64,000 nucleotides of DNA from positions 61,210,566-61,274,565 of the forward strand of contig NC_068992.1 in NCBI RefSeq assembly GCF_001194135.2, read 5' to 3'. Position 1 is the stretch's first letter; the number at the start of each line of letters is the position of its first letter. A program made the position numbers and the translations under genes. The DNA is from Octopus bimaculoides. Lineage: Eukaryota. Shown piece after piece: positions 26,286 to 38,020 of the stretch. A model generated the notes under the pieces. It searched no databases. It was not told the DNA's origin and saw only the letters and a program-made list of their open reading frames with translations.

Positions 26286-26505
26286 TAGAGTGGCGAGCTG
26301 GCAGAATTGTTAGCACACCAGGCAAAATGCTTAACGGCATTTTGTCCATCTTTATGTTTTGAGTTCAAACGCTGCTGAGGTTGACTTTGCCTTTCATCCT
26401 TTAGGGGTTGATAAAATAAGCACCAGTTGAAAACTGGGGTCGATATAATCAACTTAGCCCCACTCCGAAATTGCTGGCCTTGTGCCAAAATTTGAAACCA
26501 GTATT
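26286..26505 (+). mobile_element. SINE family B
   Basis: gtggcgagctggcagaattgttagca...gactttgcctttcatcctttaggggttgataaaataagcacc. Confidence 0.85.
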
Positions 26506-29194
26506 ATTTTTATTTATAATTTTAGATCCCAAAACAAGAAAGTGCAGTCAATGTCATTTGGAATTGGAATTAAAGCACTAAATCATTGTTTCTGATTTCT
26601 CAAGTCATTACTGAAAGTGTGTGTGTGTGTACACACATATCATATAGAGGTGTTTACCATATGGAATATAGTGGCTTAAAAGATGTTTCAAGCAGTCAAA
26701 TTGACACCTATAATGCAAAGCAAAAATTGTTAGCATTAATGATGTGATGATGTTTGTCAAGAATTGCAAGAAAGAAAACTCTAAATTTGAAACTGATCAA
26801 AACTTGCTTAAGAATATGCAGTGAATAGTGAACCAGATCTATTCTAAGTCAGGCTTGTTTCAGTTTTATTAGACCTCATCTGTGAATCATGGTCTTCTAT
26901 TTATTTACCAAACCTTAGAAAACCCTCACATTGTTGTTCCAGTGAGGAGAGTGGAGCTAAAGACAATGATGGAATTAAGCCCTTTGTTGCCATATTTCTG
27001 TTTGAAATGCACTACTTTTGTTTCAATTAACTTTGAAAATAATGAATTTAGTAAAAGAACTTTGACATTACTAAACTGGTACTTAGAACATCAAGAAACA
27101 AAATATTGATGGTTTTAATTTATCTTACTTTAAAAGAGGAAGTTTGAATCATAGAACCAAATGCAGTTTCAGGTGGGTTGGTATGTCAAAAGGTTTAGAA
27201 GATACTGCGATCTAAAGACAATTGTCTTCATTTGCTTTTACTATGAAACTGATGAAACTATAGGTTGATGTTTCAGTTACAAATTATTTTCCTTTTTGTT
27301 TCACAGCTTCATTTATAAAGCAATTCTTTATCTTCTTAAAGACATCCATATCTTTTATTTGATTTATATAAAATCTATTGAGGGAAAATAGCTGATAGGA
27401 TTAGATATTTGTTTTGGCAACTTAAGTGCAATTGTGTTCTTACTCCATTACAGGCTCATTTCACTTTATCACTCTGTTGTAAGATATTTAACTCTACTCT
27501 CTCCAGTTTTTTTTTTTTTCTTAATTGTGACAGAAATAGTAATTCAGTTTTCTGAAATGAGTTATTTAGATTAGCATTTTATCTATTAGCATATATGCCT
27601 CATCTATGGTTAACACTGCAGAAGCAAATGCCAAAACCTCCAGGCTAATGGGCCATTGTACTTTATAAAAGGGTTAACTTACTAAAGTTGATTTAACAAA
27701 ATCAAGCTTATAGAAATATGTCAACTGCAGTGATAGGGGTAGTAGTAGTAGTAGTAGTAGAGTTAATCGAGAGATTTTTGCCAATAGATCAACAATAGCC
27801 TTGAGAAGATTAAAGTCTAAGTGCCTTAACATTTATTTAACTAATTCAAATATTTGATTCTTCCATTCACATTTTACAAATTTAGGTAGTCATAACTTTT
27901 ATATAACAAACAAAAACGATAACTACCTTGTTTATTAGGTTGTTGGTTTTTGTCATAATGCAAGTATTATTTGACTTACTTTATTAAATAACTTTTTATT
28001 TAACTTTTTCACTTCTTGTATGTAATTTCCTCAATCCTCTTGCAATACAAAGCTCCAATATATCTTTCTTTTTCCCCCATATTTATTCACTAGTGTTTAC
28101 CAGGTATTATGGTATTATAGAGTTTATTCCAGTTGGATATGACTAAGCCAGGGAAACCTGTCACTCCACCTGGATAAGAATGTAGGTCTCTTGTATGCTT
28201 TAATTGCAGGATGATTTTAGCTCACTATTGGAAGCAAGCAAATTCATATGTTAGTTATATTGTGCTTCTGTTAATAACTGCAGAAAGCATGACTAAATGG
28301 TTCCATGGTATCTGTTTACAGCTAGGTATAACGAGCCTCTCAGAGTCTCAGTATTACAATTTTGGGACATAGTAAATAAGCAGAATTTGATATCAAAAGA
28401 TGATAATGATGATGCTTATTATTATATTATATATCATGATAATGGGTTTCAGGAAAATGAAAATTTATAAACTCTCTTGCATTTATTTCTTTTTGTGTGA
28501 TTTTGTAAATTTTTTAATAAAATCACAACTTTATAGCATTTTCTTATATTATAGAAATCACGAGTCAAATTCTATAATACTGTTTTTTTTTTATTGGTTC
28601 ATGGATGAAAAAGATCTTCATCAAGAATAGTTTGTCTGCAGTTATAAAAGTTGTTTGTTATTATTTAAACAAAGTGTCATGTGACTACCACCATAAAGTT
28701 GACAGACACCTTTATGACTTCTATTACTAAACTGATGTTTACTTCAGCTGTTCTTCATTAATTCTGTTCTGTATGGAATCAAATAGTACATTGGTCCCTT
28801 TTGAATATTAACTTCTCTGAAAGAGAATATTCTCTGTAGAAAATATTAAATCCCAGCCTTACACTAATGTAAAAACCAAAAATTATCTGTGTATGTATTA
28901 ATTTTTCTTTGAAATATTTTTGTATATATCTTCACAATGTTTTTGGCATGTTTGAATGGTTCTAGCAAATTGAAATATTAGCATGAACTTTTATGTAAGC
29001 AGATTTTTCAGCTGGATGCCAACATAATATATTACTTCCAAATTGCTCACCTATTGTTACTGAGGTTATGATTCTTTTCAGCAAGGTCAGTCATGTCAAA
29101 TAAATTACTATATCTTGAACAAAGGACACGATGTGCAATTAACAATTTCAATCTGTGGTCCAAATCACCACACTCATATCATTACTGAGCATAC

Positions 29195-29575
29195 AGTAAT
29201 TGTTTACTCACTGAAGCTGCTGCCAGTGGAGCCTAGGCTATCAATGACTTCTCTCCAAATGAGCTGTCTTTTCTGTGTCTTTTCTGCTAGATCTCTACTT
29301 TTTCTTGCAGTTTGTTTCAGACTTTGTTGTACCATGTCATATGTTTCCATTGGGTGGGGGAAGCCTTCCTCTCTCAGGTTTTCTTGGTTTTGAATTGTCA
29401 TCAATGCTTTTGTATCTTTACCTTTCACTAGCTGGAAAGAGGTGATCCATATTAGCCTGGCCTGTGTCTTTTGACCTGTCCAGCCTGGGATTCTTACCAG
29501 GAACTTGCACTCTGCTGGCATAAATCTCCGGGTCATTGAGACACACAAGCCACAACACCACTAGGACTGGACCTT
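29195..29575 (-). mobile_element. Second bipartite RTE-derived element
   Basis: Leader homologous to 12720-12830; ORF start MTIQNQENLREEG joined directly to an RTE C-terminal-like peptide ending ...LIWREVIDSLGSTGS. Confidence 0.55.
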
Positions 29576-29989
29576 GTGGTGAACACATTGATGGAAATGG
29601 GTGTTAGGAAATAAGAGTACATGAAAGTCTGAAAGGTTTGGGTTAGGAATGTAGGACTAGACACTATAAACCCATCACCCCCACCCTCTGTAAGCTGAAA
29701 AGTCAGAGAAACACTGTACGTCTGTGAACTTCTCATTTCTATCATTGCAGTAATGTAATTTAATTTGTGAAGCAGCATTGTGTTATATACAGCAAACTTA
29801 GTGTGATATTCTAGAATTATTGAATTAACTATATATTTCAGTTAAAATGTGTATTGTCTTCTGATGTAACTATAAGCAATTAATATTGTTATTGTTAATT
29901 GGTAGAGCAAAAGAAATGATTGTCTTGAATTAAATGTAGAACAAATAAAGAAGTGTTGACATTCATAATGAGGCCAGCACGATAATTTT

Positions 29990-30315
29990 AATTAATTAAT
30001 TTTAATTGAGTAAAGACTATAACTTGACTTTATCCTGACAATAACTAATTGATCAAGATTATAACTTCAAGATGTGTAACTTCAATAAAGATTGTAACTA
30101 GTTAATTAAGACTGACATTTATTAAAACTATAATTTTAATCAAGACTATAGCTAATTGATCAAGGCTATAAGTAATATTAATTGATCAAGACTATAACTG
30201 TAACTAATCAAGACTATAACTAATTAATTAATACCATAATGTTAATTGATTAACCTACAACATTAATCAGTACTGTGACTTGAATTAATTAAAACTACAC
30301 GATTAAGACTATACT
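29990..30315 (+). repeat. Degenerate minisatellite, unit of about 20 bp (taattgatcaagactataac)
   Basis: About ten variant copies by eye. Confidence 0.75.
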
Positions 30316-31085
30316 CCAAGCAAAGAGATGTAAACTTTGTTGTACAATATATTAAAGTTTTGTTTCTTTATAATCCTAAGACCAAATTCTATTGTAGTTG
30401 ATTTTTTTTTTCCTTTCACTTGTTTGGAATCATTAAAATAAATGACAATGTGTTGTGCCAATAGAAATTTTTTTTATCATAATTATTTCTTTTCCAGCTG
30501 AATAGATTTTTTTCCATGGGTTATGTTTTAAATCCTTGACTTCACTAATGTTTTGACAAATGTGTTGGCTATGAAATTGAACATTTAAAATTTACTATGC
30601 TTACAACATGGGCCATTGGCCATGTTATAAACCATGTTATATTTAGAATTTTTTTTCCTTTCTTTTTTCATTTTGTGAAATAAATATTCTAATGTTTAAG
30701 GAACAGTACACTACATGATATTCTGAAGCTGGTAAATGTCAAATCTTTTATCTACAAAACACAGTTGTCCACATAGTTCTGTTGGTAGAACATCATACTT
30801 TTCATTTGGGGGTCACAAGTTCATTTCCCTCTGCAGGTGTGACAATACTTACATGGCAGTGCACCAGCATGGTCACAGTCTTTGGGTCGGAACCCATAAA
30901 GGGAAAAGTAAAGCAAGTTAATTTAGGGTGACACTATTTGACTCAATTACAAAAGAAAAGTGTATGTTTATAGCCATTGTTTAATCTAAATCTAAAATGA
31001 TCTAAACAACGAATAATCACCAGTGACTACAGTCTGCTTACTACAATTTGTAAGGTACTGCATTATTTTAATTAAAAACCTGATA

Positions 31086-31254
31086 GGTGCAGGAGTGGCT
31101 GTGTGGTAAGTAGCTTGCTTACCAACCACATGGTCCCGGGTTCAGTCCCACTGCGTGGCACCTTGGGCGAGTGTCTTCTACTATAGCCTCGGGCCGACCA
31201 AAGCCTTGTGAGTGGATTTGGTAGATGGAAACTGGAAGAAGCCCGTCGTATATG

Positions 31255-31289
<35 letters not shown>

Positions 31290-31472
31290 CGGTGTTTGTC
31301 CCCCCAACATCACTTGACAACCGATGCTGGTGTGTTTACGTCCCTGTAACTTAGCTGTTCGGCAAAAGAGACCAATAGAATAAGTACTAGGGTTACAAAG
31401 AATAAGCAAATCGACTATAAAGGCGGTGCTCCAGCATGATCACAGTCAAATGACTGAAACAAGTAAAAGAGT
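31086..31472 (+). mobile_element. SINE family A (near-consensus, young)
   Basis: Complete element with many CpGs retained. Confidence 0.9.
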
Positions 31473-31559
31473 ATAGTTAATACCCCAGTGTTTTATCAAT
31501 TGCTGGTCTGGGTCTAGTAATCCACAACTTCATCTAGTAGCCATTATTGTAGTATCAAT

Positions 31560-32230
31560 TAACACCCCTCCCCTCAAAACTACTGGCCTTGTGTTCAAAC
31601 AAAAAGCAGTTATTAAACAGTAAATTGGTAGAATCCCTAGAGTGTTGGAATGAATGCTTAACAGACTCTTTATGTTCTGTGTTGAAGTCTCACTCACATT
31701 AACTTAGGCTTTCATGTTTTCAAGGTCATTGAAATAAAGTACTAGTCAAATGCTAGAATCAGTGGTATCAACTGACCCCCTTGTACCAAAATTTGAAGTT
31801 GGTGGTGAACTGACAGAATCATTAGCATTCTGGGCAAAATGCTTAGCAGTATTTCAGCTGTCTTTACATTCTGAGTTCAATTTCAGCTGGGGTTGACTTT
31901 GTCTTTCATCCTTTTGGGGTCAATGAAATAAGTACCAGTTAAACACTGGGGGTCGATGAAATCAACTAGTCCTCTCCCTCAAAATTTAAGGCTTTGTGCC
32001 TATAGTAGACAGGATTATTATTATTACACATGGGTAGTGGATTGGTAGCAATATTAAAGCAAAACATAAAATACCTTGTGGTTTATACTTTCTTCCTTTT
32101 TTGTTCTGAGTTCAAAACTGAATTTTTATGGGAAATAGGTGAAATCACTAAAAGTAATACCAGTCATGCACTGGAGTCAATGTAATCAACTAAACCCTTT
32201 CGAAGAAGCTCATATCTTTGTGGCTTATCT
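31560..32230 (+). mobile_element. Tandem SINE family B copies
   Basis: About three successive head/core units. Confidence 0.7.
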
Positions 32231-32520
32231 TTAAAAAAGGTACACCAATTTTTTTAGACAATAGCTATTATAAAATTTCTGAGTTTATTGCTGCTTTACA
32301 TTTCTTTAATATAAGAAATTTCTGTTAAATTTAACAAAGTCTAATTGTAAAATTTTAAAAACTTACACAAACAATCATTTGATATGTTTATCTTTCTAAG
32401 CTTTCCATTGCTATTGAGAAGCTTTTATAAGGATTCTCTTAAGTTATCAGTGACATGTGATGTATACAGGCATACTTAATTTTTCTTTCTTTAGTTTCTA
32501 CATAAGGTATTTGATGTTGG

Positions 32521-32553
<33 letters not shown>

Positions 32554-34158
32554 TGAGAAAGCAGGTGTAAAATGACATTATAATATTACACACACATATA
32601 TGTAACATATATATTGTGTATATTTTACATGTGTTTATTGTATTATATATACCATATATTATGATATTAATAATTATATTTGTTTTTTCTAAATTCTATT
32701 AAACACAAAGATAGTCTTCAATAGATATGACACTTTTAGATAAATAATTTCATTTCCTTCTTCAGTAGAATAGAAAAGAAAATTAAACATATCAGCTTGG
32801 AATGAGAGAAGTATTTGATTTTTCAGAGAGAGTTCTTCAATGGACAATGAAACAATACAAAGTATTCTCAATCAAACAGATCATTGTCTACTTCTCTCTG
32901 CACATCAATATGTCTATCCTTTTTGTGTGTTCCTTTTCACATTCACTTGATTCATGTTAGTGCAAGCAAGCACTATTTTCTTCAAATTCTTTTGTTTTTC
33001 TTCCTTCTTTGACAGTAAATTTACCATCTTTAGAGGCTTATACATCTAAGACAGAGAATGTATCCCACTTCTGCACAACCAAATATATAGAATTTAATGT
33101 CTCAGTATTTTCACTCCTAATCTTTCCTGAACTGTCTTTGTCCTTCCCCCTTCTACAACTGCTAAAATACTTGTAATATTCTGGTGTTTGAAACAAGCTA
33201 ACATAAAATTTTGGTGGAAGGATTAAAATAGAAAGTTTGTATTAGAGAACCAGGAGCAGTCTCAGGCTGGTTGGCATCAAAGGCGATAAAGGTGAAAAAA
33301 AGTGTAATTTTCTGAAATGAATCCTACTTTATTTCTCCAATGAGCCATCACTCATGGGGTTTCCAGTATACTCTTGTGGTGCTTCTTGTGCTCAAAAGTC
33401 TGTGTTTGTATTAATGGAACCAGGGGCAGTCATGGGCAGGTTAGTATCAACAGCGTTAAAACTAAGTTATAGTCATAGGAGATAGCATACCTAAATGGTT
33501 GAGAAGTTTGCATTGCAGTCACATATTCCCAGGTTCAATCTCACTGTGTGGTGTCTTTGGCATGTGTCGTACTCAGGTCGACCCACCAAATCTTTTGACT
33601 GGAACTGAGTAGATAGAAATTCTTTGGAAAACCAGTTCAAATGATTAGTCTCCCTTCAATTAAAACTACTTTCACTTTGATATCATGAACATCATAGATT
33701 TTGAATTCTTTGCACCATTATAAGTTTTTAGCTTTAATTCCCAAAGTAAGGAATTTAATTTTTTTCTGTTTCTTGTTTCCCCTAGAGACGATACTTCTGA
33801 CAAAGAACAGAAAATCTAATTTTCAAATTTTTACAAATTCCTGCCTACATTCGCATCTATTTATTAATTTTTTTTTCTCCCAGTTTAACTTTTTTTTCTT
33901 TTATTCCTCAGGGTGGTAAGTAAACATCTTTATTTTATACTAATTCTCCACTTTGTTGTTGGGGCTAGAAAAAAAATGCCATTTGTAATTTGAGGTATTT
34001 GTCAGCTAGTCCACATCTCTTAAAAACATTTTTCCATGCAATAGTTAGAAGAATTTTTGAAACTTTCAAATGTCATTTGGTAACAGAATGGAGGTTTTAC
34101 TGCTGGTAGCAATTTAATTGCTAATACTTCCTATTGTTTTACATTCATACATACATAC

Positions 34159-34202
<44 letters not shown>

Positions 34203-34245
34203 ATGTATACATATATATATATATTATTTGTAACTATTTTTCCAG

Positions 34246-34334
34246 AAGCAACAACCTATTGGTTACAAGTGCCCAACAACCAGTGCCTGTAAGTACTTGT
34301 GGCGATGTGCTGTTGAACAACAGTTTTTCTTCAC
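34246..34334 (+). CDS. FRMD5: FRMD5-like exon, end of FERM C-lobe (KQQPIGYKCPTTSACKYLWRCAVEQQFFF-T)
   Basis: tatttttccag|AAG acceptor (also a NAGNAG) and AC|gtaagt donor; 89 nt, phase 0 to 2. Carries the FERM terminal helix motif ACKxLWxCAxE. Confidence 0.95.
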
Positions 34335-34761
34335 GTAAGTTATGTTCTCACATTCTATACTCAACACACTTTGCATGTCAACAGTTAAGTGGAATTTATA
34401 TGTCTGTATGGCTACTACGAGGTTTATATATATATAAATATATATAAAATAATCTATATAAAGGGCATTAACTGTGTAGAAATGAGTAAAATGAACTTGT
34501 TTGTATATCTGCTATGTGAGTTCACATACACACACTGATGATCTATTGACACAGTGTATGTATGGTTAATGTACTGATATCTACAGGTTGTAGAGCTGCT
34601 GTGATGGTGTGTTTAATGCACTTGTCTAATAATCACTAGGATTTTATATCACTTGCCATAGAGCTGTGATAGTTGTGTGGTTAAAGTGTTATGTAATTGA
34701 CCTTAAAGAACACAGCAGTTTTAATATTACCGCTGCTGCTTTTCTCACCATTGCTATACAT

Positions 34762-35043
34762 CAGTGGTTCCCAAACGTTTTCAAGCTGCCACCACCTTGG
34801 AACCCAGGCTACATTCCATGCATCCCCACCCCCAACCACCACTACAATCATAGACCATTTTCTGCTGCAAATTCAAAACAATATTTTATAAATAAATCTT
34901 AATCTATTGAATCCATTATTTTGTTTGCTTTTACATCCATTGCCTCCTTTTGGCCACCTCATTATCACCCCCACTTTAATGCCCCCCACTAAATCTTTCC
35001 ACTTCCCCCAGCGGGGCAGTACCGCCCATTTTGGGAACCACTG
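34762..35043. mobile_element. hAT (Charlie-like) MITE
   Basis: 14-bp TIR cagtggttcccaaa / tttgggaaccactg; 8-bp TSD ctatacat / ctatagat (7/8). Confidence 0.85.
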
Positions 35044-35212
35044 CTATAGATGGTTATGTAACTAAAATATTCGATTATTAACTATAAGAGTGTGGTAATT
35101 GCTGGATTACTGTGTGTATGCTTTAGTAATTTCATTATGAATTGTATCCTTTTTCTTTCATTCATAATAATAATTACTATAGTTGTTGTTTATGGTTTCT
35201 AGAAAGGATCAC

Positions 35213-35410
35213 CCCTTTAGCATTTAAATCAGCCATATCAGACCTAAATACTATTTCACATTTTAACCATTCATTCATACCTACTCTACAATATCATTCT
35301 AAAATAAATTATCATATTCAAAATCTTGAACCTATAAAATAATGCTTAATTAATTCTAAACATTGTGAATAAATATTACACATGACAGGAATAATCTGAA
35401 TGCTAAAGGG
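35213..35410. mobile_element. piggyBac-like MITE family E
   Basis: TIR ccctttagcatt / aatgctaaaggg. Confidence 0.8.
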
Positions 35411-35490
35411 ATAGAGATTTCTGTTATAATTCTCAGACATTATATCTGAAGAAGAAATCATTATTTATATTTTATTTTTATTTTTTTCAG

Positions 35491-35568
35491 ACTGTCCAGT
35501 TCAACAAATGCTCCTAAAGTTCGGTCAGGAGGCAGTCTCTTAACTAGAGGTTCACGGTTTCGTTTCAG
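35491..35568 (+). CDS. FRMD5: FRMD5-like exon, FERM-adjacent region (LSSSTNAPKVRSGGSLLTRGSRFRF-S)
   Basis: tttttttcag|A acceptor and AG|gtattg donor; 78 nt, phase 2-2. GSRFRFS matches the FA-domain GSRFRYS signature. Confidence 0.95.
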
Positions 35569-37111
35569 GTATTGTTGATAAGCTTTGTAGTTTGTTTGAA
35601 CCAATTCATATTCCTTCTGAAATGCACTGCCTTTGAATTAAGTTTGAAAATAACCAAAGAATTTAGTAAAATAAGTTTGTCATTATTTAGCTCGGTTTGG
35701 AATGTAAATTTTGATGGAAAGTTTTATTTTAAACCATTTTAAAACAAGGCATGTGTATTGCAGAACCAGGTGAGTTGGTATCAAAAGGGTTATAATGTCC
35801 CATAACCTATTGAATAAATGGGTAGAAGGGAAACAGCTAAGCTGGTATTGTACTGGAACATCAGCTGAAATATATTGAGTTCAAATCAGTCACAAGTATC
35901 ATGTTGTATATTTGAATATTAAACTGAATTTTATATTCCTTGGTATATTTAAGCCTTTAGATACCAACCTACCTGAGAAAATCCCTGGGTCTTTCTCACA
36001 AACTTGTTAAATTAAAATCTTCCATCAAATTTTCATATCAATTTGTATCAAACACCAGATTAATAATGACAGTTATTTTACCAAATACTTCATTATTTTC
36101 AAAATTAATTGAAACAAAGGCAGTACATCTCAACAGAAATATGATAACAAAATGGTTAACTCTCAGATATAATTAATACAAATCATCTTGAAATGCTTGC
36201 CTTTGACAGATTGGTACAATTTAAACTCACTCATCCACACTCTCATTCCATATCCTAAATCTATATTCTGCAGAAATAGACTTTGCTTTGTTCTTAATTG
36301 TTAGAAGAGCTTGTTTTAATATTTTTACAGTGTTCTGTAACAGTTGAAGAATTTACTTTCCTTCTTGGATTGATAAAATAATTTGATCAATTTAATTAAC
36401 TATAAACCCTCTCTTAGAAATATGTTTCTTTGCACCAATTTAAGAAATTTTTGTCATTGTTATTGAAGATGAGATTGGATACTATTTTCACTGTTGTACT
36501 TCTCAGACACAACATTTTATTTCATCATCATCATTACCATCATTTAACATCTGTTTTCCATGCTGGTAGGGTTTGGACAGCAGTTTGACAGGAACCAACA
36601 AACCAAAGAGGCATGGTTTCTATGGCTGGATGCCTTTCTTAATGTCAACCACTTCACTGAATGTATTGGAAGCTTTCTACATGTCACTGACGCTCTTTAT
36701 TTATATTCATTAATAATACTAAGGCAGTTAGCTGGCAAAATCATTAATATACCTGACAAAATGCTTAGTGACGTTTCATCTGTTTTCAGATTCTGAGTTC
36801 AGATTCCACTGCAGTCGATTTTGCCTTTTATTCTATTAGGGTCAATAAAATAAGTACCAGCCAGGCACTGGGATCGATGTAATCGACTCTCCCACAGCTA
36901 TAAAATTTCAGGCCTTGTGCCCTATTGTAGAAAGGATTGTTTAATGCTGTTTATCATCTAAGATATGTAGTTGAAATAAGGATGTTTTAAATATTGACAT
37001 GAGTTTGTGAAGTGTTTTTTGTATTTATTTTTTTATGGTACTAACAATTCTTTTATTGGCTACAAGGATTATGATACAAACAATAAAGCCCTTTTATGTT
37101 TTCTTTTACAG

Positions 37112-37180
37112 CGGGCGATGTCAGACGGAGGCTATTGCTGCCAGTGGTGGTATAAGTCGCCCGGAACCTGCTTTTACTCG
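37112..37180 (+). CDS. FRMD5: FRMD5-like exon, FERM-adjacent region (GRCQTEAIAASGGISRPEPAFT-R)
   Basis: ttcttttacag|C acceptor and CG|gtaagt donor; 69 nt, phase 2-2. GRxxxE...RxEPxFxR pattern of the FA domain. Confidence 0.92.
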
Positions 37181-37400
37181 GTAAGTTATAATCTGCTCTC
37201 ATACTATAACATTTATCATCATCATCATTTAGTGTTCGTAAAGTAGTGAGGATATATAACAAGATCAATACTGATGTACACATCACATGTAATATTTCAT
37301 TATAAAACTAGTGGAGTCGCTTGCATGTCTAAAAATATAATAATGAACTAATTGTATACTGTGCTCAGTTTTCATTAAAACTATGTAATATGTAAAACTG

Positions 37401-38020
37401 GGTAAATATGAAGAATCTTTCCAAACGACAAATTTTTAAATAAACAAAGTTTTTAAGATAAAATGGGTGTGTAGATTACGAAAAACGCAATAAAAACCAG
37501 AGCAAATTAACTGTTTCATAGATATTCGCATTTTTGTGAGGGTGACGGACGAAGGTAAAACGCGTGCTCACCACCTAACCCTAACCCCAAAACTAACCCT
37601 AACCCGTACGCACGCGTTTTACATTCGCTCTACATTCTACGGTAAAATAAACGTGTATATTACAAAAAAGTAACAAAAAATGGAACAAGCTTATCGTTTC
37701 AAATATATCTGCATTTTTAAGAGGGTCCCGGATACGTTTACTGTTCTCCGTAAAAAAGTGATGGAAACGTTCAGCATGATTTGGAATAGACTTAATGAAC
37801 AGATACCTCACCATATACTGCTTGAGGTACTTACACCTCATCCCAGGTCTCCGAACAGTTTCCTTCACAAATTGTACTCGGAACCCTCCTAAAATGCGAA
37901 TATCTCTGAAACGGTTTGTTTGCCCTGTTTTTTAATACGTTTTTCGTAATCTACGTCTATTTTACCCGAGGAAACTGCTTTTTCTTAATTTATCGTTGCG
38001 AAAGATTCTTCATATGTACC
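37401..38020. mobile_element. Non-autonomous DNA element with about 130-bp inverted repeats and internal CCCTAA motifs
   Basis: 37401-37534 is complementary to 37891-38020; cctaaccctaacc motifs at 37574-37605; CpG-rich. Confidence 0.7.

Noticed and set aside
32689-32990. Faint copia RNaseH-like words (HIDV, QADMF) on the minus strand
   Set aside because: Too short and in different frames, with no LTR or other domains.
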